From assembly GCA_013239625.1 (NCBI GenBank), contig MU053873.1:2246524-2310523 (forward strand): a stretch of DNA of 64,000 nucleotides, given 5' to 3'. This document shows positions 37,547-50,215 of the stretch, one piece after another. Under the pieces are notes generated by a model. That model had not been told where the DNA came from. It worked only from the letters and a program-made list of their open reading frames with translations, and did not search any database. The DNA is from Lama guanicoe. Taxonomy: Eukaryota. The stretch's first letter is position 1. Each line of letters opens with the position of its first letter. The position numbers were made by a program, and so were the translations under genes.

Positions 37547-38339
37547 AGCTGCCATAATAATGTGTATGTGAACTTCAAAGAAAGCAGTCAGAACTTGGTA
37601 GCCATTTCTATTGGAGTCAGATCAGGAATACCAAGTATTAAATACTAATGTGAATCAATATTAATTAGCTAATGTGAGTTCATATTAGCTAATGTTAATG
37701 AATTAATATCAATATTAAAAACACATCATTTATTAAGTAGCTACTATGTTCCAGGCATGTCCTTTGCATGACTTCTTCTTTATCGCAACACACAATGTGG
37801 TAAGTGACATCATTGTCCCCACTTTATCGCTGAGAATTCCGGCAAGATTAAATGCTACACAAGCTGTGACCTAGATTGTTAACAGTCTGGAGTCCCGTTC
37901 TGAGTGCCTTGCAAAGGTTCCTTCCTTGAACGCCCTCACCAGCTCCGTAAATAGACACGATTAGGCTCCCAGTACAAAGACCTCTATTTTCAAACAGCGA
38001 GACCGAGCCCTAAGACTCGCCCAGGGTCACGTGGCTCATCAGTGGCCGGATAAAGCTTCACACCCAGGCAGCCTGGCTCCATCCTTACCCTCAGCTGCCT
38101 CACCAGCCTCCTCCACAGATAGGATAAGGGTAACTGAGACATATGTCCCAGGATAGAACAGAACACAGGGCTGCAGAGCGGCAGCACACAGCTCACCAGG
38201 CGCGTCATTAGCTGAATCTCATTTGCCCCTCCCCTCAGTCCTATCAGCAAAGGGGTGGTCCTTCCCACTTCAGATGGAGCCAGAGGTGAGTGCTGGAGGA
38301 ACCTGAGGTAACTCAAAGGATAGAGGGGGAGAGAGGGTC

Positions 38340-38590
38340 AGCAGGTGGGGTCCAGGCACCCACTCCTGCCTCCAACAGAGAAGTGCTAACATTTCCTGGC
38401 TGTGTGACCTTTGGCGAGTTACTTGGCCTCTCTGGGCCTGTGTCCTATCTATAAAATGAGAGAGGTAACAGTACCTTCCTCTAGGACCGCTGTAATCTTT
38501 ACATGAGTTAATCCACGACAATCACTTGGCACAGTGCCTCCTGGCATGTAGAAACTGGAAAATAAATGTGAGCAGTTAGGATCACTTACA
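38340..38590 (+). mobile_element. MIR SINE
   Basis: GGCTGTGTGACCTTTGGCGAGTTACTTGGCCTCTCTGGGCCTG...ATCTATAAAATGAG. Confidence 0.85.
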
Positions 38591-38639
38591 TGCATCTTGA
38601 GATGAGCACTCCAGTGCAGGTGGCTCCTTTATGAGGGGT

Positions 38640-39055
38640 GGGCAGGTGTCTCCCTGCCCACCCCTCTGTGGGGGAAGAAACCCCCATACAGGGAAAGAAA
38701 CACCCATACAGGGAAAGAAACCAATGCAGATGTGCTAATCAGCAGGTGTCTGCTGTGGGCAACTGGAACTCAGTCCCACTGGGGCCTCTTGAAGACTGTA
38801 TAGGACACACCTCAGAGTCGTCCTGCCCTGGGACGAGAGAGCTGGGGTGTTTATCCTCTAGCTCCTGTCAGCTATTGGTTGAGAGCTGCTCCCAGGGAAA
38901 TGAGGAGCCCAAGGTCCCTGGCCGGATCCACTGCACAGTGTGTCCTATGGCCTGACAGGGCCCTTGTGCAAAGGCAATAGCCAGCTCAGGGATCCGTGGG
39001 CTTCGGGACAGTGAGTGACAGGCAGATGTGGGCAGGGCACTGACCACATCTATAC
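38640..39055 (-). mobile_element. ERVL-class solo LTR (family uncertain)
   Basis: CTGTGGGCAACTGGAACTCAGTCCCACTGGGG...GAGCTGGGGTGTTTATC...ATTGGTTGAGAGCTGCTCC. Confidence 0.6.
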
Positions 39056-39599
39056 AGCCTCCCTGTAAGATTTAATTTAATTGAAATTAAAAAGCATCCT
39101 TCTGCCAAAACACTAACAAGACAACAACAGTAACAATAATTCAGGCTGAAAACCAGGGTTGCGATTTGACACCCACACCCTGCCCATGGGACACCCAGCC
39201 CTGTGCTCTTTTCCAAAGCTGAAAATGGGGTGTCCAGCTGTGCAGAGAAGCACCCTAGACCTCCCTTTGCTCCAAGGAAGATATGGGGCAGTTGTCTGGG
39301 TTCCAGGAGTTGGGGCCACTGAGAGAAATGGACGCTGCCCATCCTTCGGGCCAGCACATCCCACTGAGGCCAAGGTGCTAATCACAGAGGCGGGGGCCCA
39401 TGAAGCATGCGGACGTCCACTGGCGGCTGGTGAAGGCAAGGCCTGGCAGGAGCCAGTGCTGAGCTTTGATTTAGCTTCTGAGCAAAGGATGAAAAGCAAA
39501 AAGAGGTGAGGAGTCTCCAATGGGTTGGACAAAAATTTTACTCTCTAAGTGGTTGGACTATGACTGCATCCATTCACCCCAGAAAAAGAGGAGAATTAT

Positions 39600-39810
39600 T
39601 ATGTAGAAGTATCTTCCAAGTGTCTGGTGCTTTCTGTGGATCATCTCTTTGTGTCTCTCCAGCCACTTAAGAGCAGGCATTAGTTTTATCCCCATTTTCA
39701 AGATGAGGGAGTGGAGGCTCAGAGAGGTTAAACAACTTGCTTGAGGCCACACAGCAGGGAATAGTCAGAGCTGGGATGAGAACCCAGAACTGACTTTAGA
39801 GTTTGTTCTG
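39600..39810 (-). mobile_element. MIR SINE
   Basis: ATCCCCATTTTCAAGATGAGGGAGTGGAGGCTCAGAGAGGTTAAACAACTTGC. Confidence 0.9.
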
Positions 39811-42800
39811 GGTAATAAGCAGCCCTTGCCCCAACACAGGCTATAGGAATAAAAGTTGTCTGGGACCCGCTGGGGAGCAGTGGAGGTCAGCAGGGAGCCT
39901 GGGGCCTCTGGAATCAGATTACCCGCCTTATTTCCAGGCTTTCCAATTTTTGCTAGCTGTGTGGCTCCATCAAGGGATGTAAACTCTTTGGACTCAGTTT
40001 CCTAATCTGTAAAATGGGGACACAAATAGAACATGCCTCCCTGGGTTGTTATGTGGACTGAGTGATGTCAAGTCTCTAGAGTAACTAACAGAGGCTCCAT
40101 AAATCCTCCGTCCCTCTAGGGGGATTTATAATTTGCAGGGACTCTTGGAGACAGAAAAAAATGAGTTTTCAATGGTGGAAGCCCAGCCATTGTGAAGGTC
40201 AGATATGAGAGGCCAGCTGAGCTTGTCTGGGGACCTACACGCCCTTTCCACCAACCCCCTTCAGAGGCTTCCTCCTCCCAAGGCCACTTGGAGGAAATCC
40301 TGGGGTGCTGCCCAGAGCAGGGTAGCGGATGGCTTCCTGAGCATCCTGCCATCCAGGGGGCTCTCACCGCCCGCCATGAAGGTTCTGTGTTAAGCACTTG
40401 ATGTGCGTCGTCTTACTGAATCTGAACTACAACCCTTGAGCGAGATCCTCTTAGTTTTGTCATTTCACAGGTGAGCAAGCTAAGGCACAGAGAGGCAAGT
40501 TCCCTTGCCCAAGTCACGCACCTGGTAAGCGCCAGACCCAGAGACCCAAGCCCAAGACCACCCAGTTCCAGAGCTCAAGAGTGTATCTATGGACCATCAG
40601 CTGAACCAGTATGAATTTCTTCCTGCAAACATCTGGGGAAGACACTGAAGGCAGCCACGTTGCTCTGGGCAGATGGTGACCTCACCACCCTGCCAAGCAG
40701 GCGTTGAGGGAGACACTGGTCACAGCCAGTTCGCCAGACTGGATGCCCCCTTTTTGTCCTGCTAGACACTAATGTCTCAGTGGAAATCAGATCCACAGGA
40801 TTTCCACTTCCCAGAGCCTCTGGCCTGGTCGGTCCCCTCTTCCCCACAACCCAACGGCAGCCCTGCGCAGAACAGCCTGTCACCACGAACACGTCACCCA
40901 GATGCTTCAGAGCTTGCAAGATTCAGGAAGCTGTCTGTACGTGGAGAGACAGGAAGAGAGAGAGAGAAAGAAAAAATAAAAAAGAAAGAGAGCAAAAGAG
41001 AGGGCGAGTGATTTCGCTCCACGCTAGCTCATGGCCCCGTTTTCTGGGTCAGGGCTGAGGTGCGGGATACTCTTATGCAAGGCATCTGGCGGCCGAGACT
41101 CGAGTTCCTAAAGATTATTATTTTAACAAACCCAGCTTTGACGTGTCCAAAGGCAGCGGGAGGCTCTGAAGGGTTTTCCAAGAAAGCGTGTGTTTCTTGG
41201 GGTTATTATTTCAGACTCAAGTTCGGGGAGGGAGTCTGTTTTGCTCAACTCGTGTTTCTGGAAAAACAGGCTCTTGGAAAGTGTTGGCTGAGGTGGGCAG
41301 GATGTGGAACGGAGAGCTGCTGGCCGGGGGAGCAGGGGACCGGGGAGCAGGGGAGGAGAAGGGCCAGCACCCCTGGGCGGCCTCCTCTTGAGCTGGGCCT
41401 AGGGAGCCTGATGCCCGCCTGAGGGTCTGATGGTCTGAGGGAGGAGGCCGCTTGAAGAGGAGAGTTGGTAGATGTCTCTGTGGCCTCACTCCTGAGGAAT
41501 ATGCCTCATCCAGCCAGCCCTTTCCGTCCGGAGTGGGGGTGGTGGGGGAGAAGTTAGAGACGCAAGGGCCATCCTGGTTAGCTTGGCAAGGCCTGAGCAT
41601 CGAGATGCTGCCAAGACTTCACAGGTCCGCGGCAGGCCTCAGTCTCCCCGCTGGAATCAAGAGCTTTGAGGGTGTATGTGTGATCCAGCCCCCCGGCCTG
41701 TCCCTCCAACATCCCCCCACACCACTCTCTCCCTCATGCACTGGGCTCCAACTTCCCAAACGTCACTCAGCCCCCAGAAGACCCACAGTCGGTCCTGCGA
41801 GACCCAGGGCTTTTCCTTCTGTCTGGAACCCTCCTCTTTGCTCTTAACCCACCTCTGTCTCATCCTCTGGGTGTCATTTACATATCACCTTGGAGGAGGA
41901 GCCTTCCATGATCCCCCAGCCCAAGTCTGGGGCCCCTCGTATCCACTGTGCTAGCACAGGCCTGTGGTCAGCCCATGACCCCAGGCAGATACCAGACAGA
42001 CTGGAGGACAGATGGAGGCACCTCCTGTCCTCCTGTTCAGGAGTGTAGGGAAGGCCACACTCCAGGGAGGACGCATCCCACCCACACACGTCACCAGAGG
42101 CCACTGGTCCATCAAAGTGTGCGCGTCACAAGAAGCCAAGGTGGACCAGTCACGTGGCCTCATGGACTCCCTTCTCCCCAAGTGGCCTCCATTTCCTCTT
42201 GTTCCCTGACTTCATTCCAGGCATCTCCTGGATCCACGGGGCAGCGACTTCTCCAAAAATCTCCCCACCAGGATCCCACCCGGAGACCACGTGTTTTCAC
42301 TCCGTCCTTGCTCCTAGAGCCGTTTCCCCATGGGACCCGCCATTCTTTCAAGCCCAGAGGTGAGTCATCTCCACATCACGTGTCCCAGTGAATGTCAAGT
42401 GTCTCCCTCTTTAGAGCCTCGCGCCCTGGACTTTGTTTTATGGGGCTGGGCTGTCTGGGGCTGCCGCCGATTTCATCCATCAACTCGGGACTGTTCCAAC
42501 ACTAATGCTGAATTTATAGAAGTGGTTAAGCAAAGTGTTGACAATATGGACGGCGTGTTTCTGATTAACACGGCGATTCCGAGGGAAACTGCCAACTGTG
42601 GGGAAGTCAGTAAAACACAGCAGCGATTTCCCAGGCTCGGTAAGCTCGGGCCTTGACATCACAGGATTAACAGATGTTGCGCAAGGAACTTGCAAAGCGT
42701 TTGGAGGCGTCGCTGGACGGAGAAGTGCAGGCTCATATACAAACCAGGGCACTGTCTTTCTCTCCTCCTCCTCCTTGAGAGATTAAATCTGAATTCTTTT

Positions 42801-42989
42801 TTAGCCTTAAGAGTTTCCATCGGGAGATGCTGTCAGCTTCAGCGAAGCTCCCAGAATCCTGTCCCTACCACCCTTCCTTTCCAAAAACTAACACATATAG
42901 AATATATAGAACATTCACTGGGTGTCAGATACCTTATATGCATCATCTCACGTCATTCCCATTGCGAGGTAGAGACTGTGACCATCTGC

Positions 42990-43650
42990 ATTTTTAAAAT
43001 AACTTTTTAGCTTGAAATAGTTCAACTCATAAGAAGTTGTGCCAGAACAGTTCAGAGAGTTCCCAAATACCCTTCTCTCCCTTCCCTCGATGATGAGAAT
43101 ATCTTTCATAGTCACAGGACATTGTCAAAGCCAGGAGACTGACTTTGCTACCACGCCACACGCCTCAGTTGGAATTTATCAGTTTGCCAATATGCCCTTT
43201 ATATCTTTCTGTCTGTCTGTCTATCTGTGCAGTTCTATCACATTATTACAGCTATCGAGTAAAAGCAACCACCATACTCAGATTACACACAGCTCCATCC
43301 CCACAGAGAAACTCTCCCAGACCACCCTGTAGTAGTCACCTTCGGCCCCAGTCCCTGGAAACCACTGATCTGTTCTCCATCAGTGTAATTCTATTACTTC
43401 AAAAATGTTATGTAAATGGAATCAAACAGCGTACAGCTTTGAGTGGCTTTCTGCGCTCAGCATCATGCCCTTGACATCCACCCCAGGGGAGGTGGGTATC
43501 AGCAGTTCTTCCCTTTTGTTGCCGAGTAGTATTCCATTGTGTGGATGTACCACTGTGCATCCATTCACCCGCTGAAGGACATCCCGATTATTTCCAGGCT
43601 GGGACTCTGATGCATAAAGTGCTACAAACACTCACGCACAGGTTGTTAAC
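42990..43650 (-). mobile_element. L1MB8/L1MC-type 3' UTR fragment nested in a MIR (MIR halves ~42885-42990 and ~43655-43790)
   Basis: CTCATAAGAAGTTG...CAGAGAGTTCCC...CCCTGGAAACCACTGATCTGTTCTCCATC...AAATGGAATCA...GTAGTATTCCATTGTGTGGATGTACCAC. Confidence 0.85.
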
Positions 43651-44514
43651 GTGCTTATTTACACTTAACGGATGAGGTAACTGACGCGAGGAAGGTGAAA
43701 TGATTTGCCCAAGGTCGTGCAGCCAGCAATTTGCACAGAGACTTGAACTCAGATGGGAACTCTGGAGGCTGCGTGCTTAGTCACCTGCAAGGCTGCAAAT
43801 CTCGTCGTTATAAATAATTAATTCTAGAAAGTTAATTAATGCTCCAGAAAGATGCAGTGTGTTTATTCTGTGGTTTTATGTTCCTATAGGAATCTGAGTA
43901 CGTGCCCCTCCAGGGTCTGCAAGAAGAGGTTGAGAATCAGATCCCACAGGGTCAAAATCGATCCCGTGGCTCTGGCACACACAGGCTTCCCAGTACAGAC
44001 TCCGCATCCCTCTGGCTCTCCTCTTCCGCCACCCTCCTCTGGCAGATCAGAAGGCCACTTGCTATTTTCCCTAGAACAGCCTCTGACTTTCCAGTCTTCT
44101 TGGTCCCGCTCACACTGTCCCTCTGCCTGGAATGCCCCTCCCTCCGTGGCCACCGTGCTGGCCGCAGCTCACACCTCTCTCTCTTCCTTCAGTGAGTTAC
44201 CTCCTTGAAGAGGCAGTTTCAACCTCGCCCCCTGACCCTGCCCCGGGGACATTCTCGGCTCCATGAATATTTATCTACTTCAACAAACAAGCATCTATTC
44301 AGTAAGCACAGCTCCCCGAGGACCAAGGCTGTGCCAGGCATTGAGCTGAGCCCCGGGAAGCAGAAATAATCAATTTGTAAGCTCTGAGCCCAGCCTTGGA
44401 GTAAATCGGTCTGCAGACACAGAAGCATACGCCCTACGGAGGGGTGAGCGGATGGAAGTGGAGAGGGAAAAGCACTGGGCTTGGGGACTTGGAGCCCCGA
44501 GTTCCAGTCCTGGC

Positions 44515-44892
44515 TGTATTTTAGCCTGCTCAGACTGCTCTAATAAAATACCATAGACGGGGTGGTCTGAAGAATAGAAATGTATTTCCTCCTCATTCAG
44601 GAGGCTGGAAATCCACGATGAAGTTTCCAGCTGTTTCTGATGGGGACTGGTGTCCGGGCTGGTGCTCACATAGTCTGTCCTCACTGCAAATGCATGGAGA
44701 GAGATGGGGAGAAGGCTCAGTGTCTCTACTAACAGGGACACAAGTCCCATCGGATTGGGGCCCCACCGTTATGACCTCAGTTAACCTTAATCACCTCCTT
44801 ACGGTCTCTGTCTCCAAATACAGTCACGTTAAGGGCTGGGGCTTCAACATATGAATTTGGGTGCCTGGGAGAACACGATTCAGCCCACAGCA
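44515..44892 (-). mobile_element. MaLR solo LTR (MLT1A-like), near full length
   Basis: TGTATTTTAG...AAATACCATAGAC...GGAGGCTGGAAATCCA...TGACCTCAGTTAACCTTAATCACCTCC...CTTCAACATATGAATTTGGG...ATTCAGCCCACAGCA; TG...CA ends. Confidence 0.9.
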
Positions 44893-45719
44893 GGCGCCTA
44901 TCTGGTGGGGGGACTTCCATGGATTGCTCCCCAACCTCGACCTCACCTCCTTACAGGCAGCCCATGAAGAGGTGTGGAGGTGATTGATGATCGGACGTGC
45001 TTTCTTCCCGGGTCCGTCTCCTGAAGTGAGGAGCTGGCCTCTCTCACTGGCTGGGGGCTAAGATGCCTGAGTCTCCAGGAGCCGGTGTCCTATTTCCTCC
45101 CGCTGCACGGGAGGGAGCCCAGGTGCTTCACAGAGTTTGCAGCAGGGACCCTTGGAGAGGACAGCATCCGGTTGGAACAAGGAGGGGGCGACAACAGAGG
45201 GCCCCTGGGGACTGATCTTAAGTCCTGCAGCTCTGTCAACAGCCGAGGCAGCCCGCTCTCCCACCTGCAGCTGATCCTCCTCCAAGGACCTTTCATGCGT
45301 GTTCTGCATTTGATGTCCCCCCTCCCGTGGCCTCCCGCTCCCCATAAAACTCAATCTCCTTTTGTTTTCAAGTCAATTAAGGGCCCATAATTCCACCCAC
45401 AAGGCCACAGATTGAAAGTGCTGTCAATATACCAGCAGTGAACACAGACAGGGCAGTCTGGATGGAGGGATGCAGAGATCTCTGGGGTCCCAGCCCAGGT
45501 GAGTATAGAGCCAGGGGCCAGAGGGAGGAAAGAGCCCCTGATGGGAGTCAGGCCTGACTTCTAGACTTGGCCGTGGTACTCATTCATTGCGTACCCTTGG
45601 CCAGAAGTGGTTCTCCCCGGGCCTCAGTTCCTCCATCTGTAAAATGGGACCAAGAAATACTCCTGAGTTTTTAGCTCTGTCCTTCTACTCGCCCTAGATG
45701 GCTATTTCAATGCTAATTT

Positions 45720-46230
45720 AATCATTGATCAAAAATACGCCACATCCATTGACCCAGCCAGAAACCTGTTTGTAGGAATTATCCATTAAAACATTTGCAC
45801 AGATATGACCCCCATCACTAGGGGGTAGATTAAGCAAATTGTGCTACAGCCGTACTTTGGAATACCCTGCAGCTGTCAACAAGAATCGGGGTAGATCTAT
45901 GTGTGCTGTTATGAAAAGGTGATCAAAATATATTGTTAAGGGAAAGCTGCAGAAGTTATACACATACATATGTACACATTACATAAATATATATGTAAAT
46001 ACGTATTTCTTTAATTGAGAAAAACCATATTATAAGCAGAATACAAATCAAAACAGAAACAAAAGGGATGCTGTAAGAGTGCAGTACGAGTGTGCGTGTG
46101 TGAGCTGAGGGATGTATGCCACACTTAAAAATAATGGGGTTTCGGGTGGGAAGAGGGGAGTTAGGGACTTTTGAGTTTTCCGAGTATAAATTACTTTATA
46201 ATTAAAATGTATATAAGCCTATAAAATGAA
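45720..46230 (+). mobile_element. L1ME-type fragment
   Basis: TTGACCCAGC...GTAGGAATTATCC...GGAATACCCTGCAGCTGTCAACAAGAAT...AAAATATATTGTTAAG. Confidence 0.6.
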
Positions 46231-47594
46231 ATGAATACCAACTTGTGGCTGAGACCTGGAGCCTTGTATGAAGGTAAAAGGAAGAATATTTAATTCCCAC
46301 AGCCCTGCGATAACCACTGTTGACATGTTTATGCATTTCCTTATGAGTCTTTTTCCTTATTCACATACATATATATTTTTATAATAAAGTTGGAATTATG
46401 CTCCATGAGAAATTTTGTAGCCTGTTTTTTCACTTAATGTTTTAGCATAAGGATTTTCCCAGGTCATTAAATTTATCCTGTAATCATGCTAGGAGGCCCT
46501 GTGATAGGAGGGCCACCTGGGCAGGGTTCCTTAACCCTGTGCGGGTTGGAATGACCCATTAATGGCTGGACTTCTCTGAGACTGGTGGTCCCCCAGGCCG
46601 AGGACGCACCATCCTGTCCCCTGCTGCACCACCAGAATCCTTCCCAGTGTCATGGGACACTTCCCCAACTGCCAAGCTCATAGGTTACTTCTCACCTTTG
46701 GAACACACGGCGATCAATTTCCCCACACCACACATCTGAGTGCAGGCAGGGCTCCATCTTCGCTCCTTCGAAACCTTTCATTTCATCTCTAATGCTCTGA
46801 GTCACTCCAGGCTGTGGGAAATCGGGCCCTCATCACTGAGCTTGGCTTTGAATGTGGCCAAAACAAATTGCTGTGCTGGTCCCTGGAGGGGAGTGTCATT
46901 TCATCCACGTCAGAGGCTGTGATCGGAGCCCGGGAGTCACACAGCTGGGAAGTCAGTGTTTCCCAAGGCAGCCCGCCGCAGGAGTGGCTATGGGTAAGTT
47001 CCGGGGTGGGATTCGAGACGCCCCGCCGTGTCACTCTGCAAACTTCAGATTCCTCGACTCCCAAAGCTGAGTGGACGATAGCCAATATCCAATAAAAGCT
47101 CCTTTGAGTCAGACAGGATTGAAGTCTTGTGTTACAAGCTTCAACTTAACAGAACTCTGTTCAGATCCCTCTTGGCCACTTCCTGTGTGACTTTGGGCTC
47201 TGCCAGTTTCTTATCCTTAAAATGGGGGTGATCATGTCATCTCTCAGGTCCTTGTGATGATGACGTGAGACAAGGCATGTGAAATCCTTAGACAATCCCC
47301 AGAACACAGATGGACATGATCAAGGCTGACCATTACTGGAGCCTCCCTGGGAATGCTGGGATCAAAGTTATGCTCCTTCTTTGCCTGGTTAGAGAGACCA
47401 ACTCCATTTCATCAAACTTGTTTGTTACCCTTGCTTTCTCCTGTGTGGAATTATAGCTGCTTCATCAGAGGGACCCATATGGCTCCGCCTTGGCCATGGA
47501 CTTCTGTTTTCCTGATGGTCCAGGAGGAGACATCAAGTACCCATGATCAAATGTCTAAATGACGGGAGGCTGGGTTCCTGATGGGCAACGGAAA

Positions 47595-47700
47595 CAGGAC
47601 CCCAAAGGATCTCCAGTGAATGGAGATTGTACCAAAACTTGCAAGGTGAAATTTAACAGAGCACGATGAAAATCGTAGCTCTCGGCGCAAAATTTCAACC
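47595..47700 (+). mobile_element. L3/CR1 LINE fragment
   Basis: CAAAGGATCT...CCAAAACTTGCAAGGTGAAATTTAACAGAG...AAAATTTCAAC resembles the CR1 RT 3' region (MKFN..K motif). Confidence 0.55.
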
Positions 47701-48736
47701 CCACCGTAACAATAACAATAGCTCACAGCATCACATTCTATGCCAAGAACTGTGCTAAGGGCTCAGAGTACACAGAGCTTATCTGACTTTCACAACTTCT
47801 CTCTTCCCTCAACCTCTGTTATCATCCCCATTTGCAGAGGAGGAAGCTGAGGCTGGGTTCCCATGACCAAGGCCTTCCCGCTGGTAGGTGGGTTGAGTAG
47901 AGAGTCAAAGCCAGAGGAGGTATGACCCTAGACCCCCCCTCTCAGCCCATGTGCCATCTTGGATGACAGGGCTGTTATGTTTTGAATTGCACCAAATATG
48001 TGAACCAAGGTTAGTCTGGGAATAGCAGAGAGGTTAAGATACCACTGAAAGCTTGAATGTCTGCCAAGAGGCTGGCTTCTGTTCATTCCTGCATTCATGC
48101 CTGCAACAAGGATTGAATCAGAAGCTACACATGCCAGGTGCCAGGCTAAAGAGTAGATTCAGGGAGGATCAGCCAGAGACAATCCCTGCCTTCACAAGGC
48201 TCACAGTCTAGCAGGAGAGATGGATGATAAATACGTAACTCCAGGGGAGTCCAGGCCCCCAAGGGCTATTACAGGGGATTTGGTCTTCATCCAGAATCCC
48301 CCAGGCACACCTCGCTGGACTCAGCCTCTTGCATGGGGAATCCACTGCCTCTCTGGAGTGAAGTAATGCATTCAGAGGCTCGGCAATGTGCTGGGTGCAC
48401 AGCAAATGCCCAGTATTAGTTGTAATCATAATAAAAAATGCTGCCACATCGTGGACTCTTTTGAATCAGCAGGACAACTCTGGGCTTATTCCTGTTCAAC
48501 TTTACCTCCTCAGATTGAGCACATAGATAGCTCTGCACCCTTGTAACGCCTCCAAAACCAAGACCCTCTGCCTTGACCTTGAGGACTGGTGGGAGAGACC
48601 CGTGCTGGGTCCTATCTCCCATGATTCCCCTGGCCCAGGTCTCCTCCACCTCTGACCTTGTTTAAGTTCAGCCTGGGTCCCCATATTTCTGCACTCTGGC
48701 AGTCGTGGTCCAAGACTTTGCTCTGATTCATCTGAG

Positions 48737-48820
48737 TGTGACTGGGGCCCCAGATATGTGACTGGGGACCTGGTAATGTCAACCAGAAGATAAAATAAAC
48801 CAACCAGAAGATAAAATAAA
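48737..48820. repeat. Two adjacent short tandem duplications (periods 20 and 21 bp)
   Basis: TGTGACTGGGG(C/A)CC at 48737 and 48757; CAACCAGAAGATAAAATAAA at 48780 and 48801. Confidence 0.9.
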
Positions 48821-49769
48821 TATCCCTTTGGAAGGAAAATTAATACCTTCAAGTTAATTCTAACATGACTCTTCGCCCTTCTCAGGTGCCTCCTGGGTGA
48901 ATATGGGTTATTGCGTTGTTTCCGTCTGTGGATGCCGCTCTGATGCTCTGCTGGTCTCATGGTCCCATTTCACAGATGAAGAGATGGGAACCGCTGAGGG
49001 ACAGGGTTTGGCCAGCAGGAAGTCCTGGCCTGACGTGTGATGAATTTGTTCTCGGTCACAGCAGCTCCACCTGCTCAGAGCTGGAAATCTCATCAGGCGG
49101 GGTTTCCCTGGGAGCCCCTGCCTTTCCCCGGGCCAGCGCTTGCAGGGGATGCTATAAAAACAGCCTCTCACAAGGTGCTTCGGACTTTCTGCCTTCCGGC
49201 CTCACTCCGGGCCAGGAAACACTGAGAAGACGAATGCTGCTGGGCCTTGTCTTAGGTGGGAAGGTTTTTCAAAACTCAAGAAAGCATTTCTTTTATTCCC
49301 TACCCTCACTTCAGGCCAAAACAGCTTGAGTCCTTCTCACCTGCTAATGAGAATTCCTGATTCTTCTGCTTGGCTTTGTCCAATGAGTCAGGGGGAGCAA
49401 CAGGAATTCTGGCCACAACTGCAAGCAAGGCCCAGGCCCAGTATTTCTTGAGTAAATAATGGGTGGGCCTCTTTAAAGGAGTGAAAATGATGAGGTTCCA
49501 AATATTTACTTAAATCACTTTATTTTAAAATTGACTTAAAATGTATATAAATGTAAGTCAACACACAAACTTCTGATATCTTATTTTTGTAGGAAGACCC
49601 TTCACCTTATAATTAAAAACATAACTACGAAACCGCAAAATTTAAATTACCAAAATTATTTTAATATGGCAGAAACTGCTATTTGTTTGAATCTAAACCA
49701 CTTATGCCAGGTTTAATATAGAAAGACTGCATTCTAGATCTGCATCTATATATAAACTCTGTATCATTT

Positions 49770-50215
49770 GGAAATGGCAGTGAGGACTAATAAAAGAGAC
49801 CAAGAATGACAATGGCTTAAATGAATTGTGGTTTTACTTTTCTCTTGCATCAAAGAAATCAGGGAATGCCCAGCCTTTTCTGTAGTAATGTCCTTAGCAT
49901 GGGGTCACCGATTCAAGTTGCCTCATGGTCACAAAATGGCTGCTATGGCTCCAGCTATCATATCTGTGCTCCCTGCAAGAAGAAAATAGAAGGCAGCGTT
50001 CCTCCCAGGTACAACTATCCTTTTTAAAGAACCTGGTCAGAAATACCACCTAACAACCTCAGCTTATATTGAATAGGCAGCTTTGTATCTGAGGCAGGGA
50101 AGGAATAAAACCTTTTAGCTGGACATATCAGCACCTCAAATAAAATAAGGGGCCTGTCACTAGGGGAGAAAGGGAGAACTGGTTTTGGGTGGGAGAGTAG
50201 CAGTGGTTGCCACTC
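49770..50215 (-). mobile_element. MaLR LTR (MLT1J-like)
   Basis: AATGGCTTAAATGAA...CCTCATGGTCACAAAATGGCTGCTATGGCTCCAG...AAATAAAATAAGGG...GAAAGGGAGAACTGG. Confidence 0.75.
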
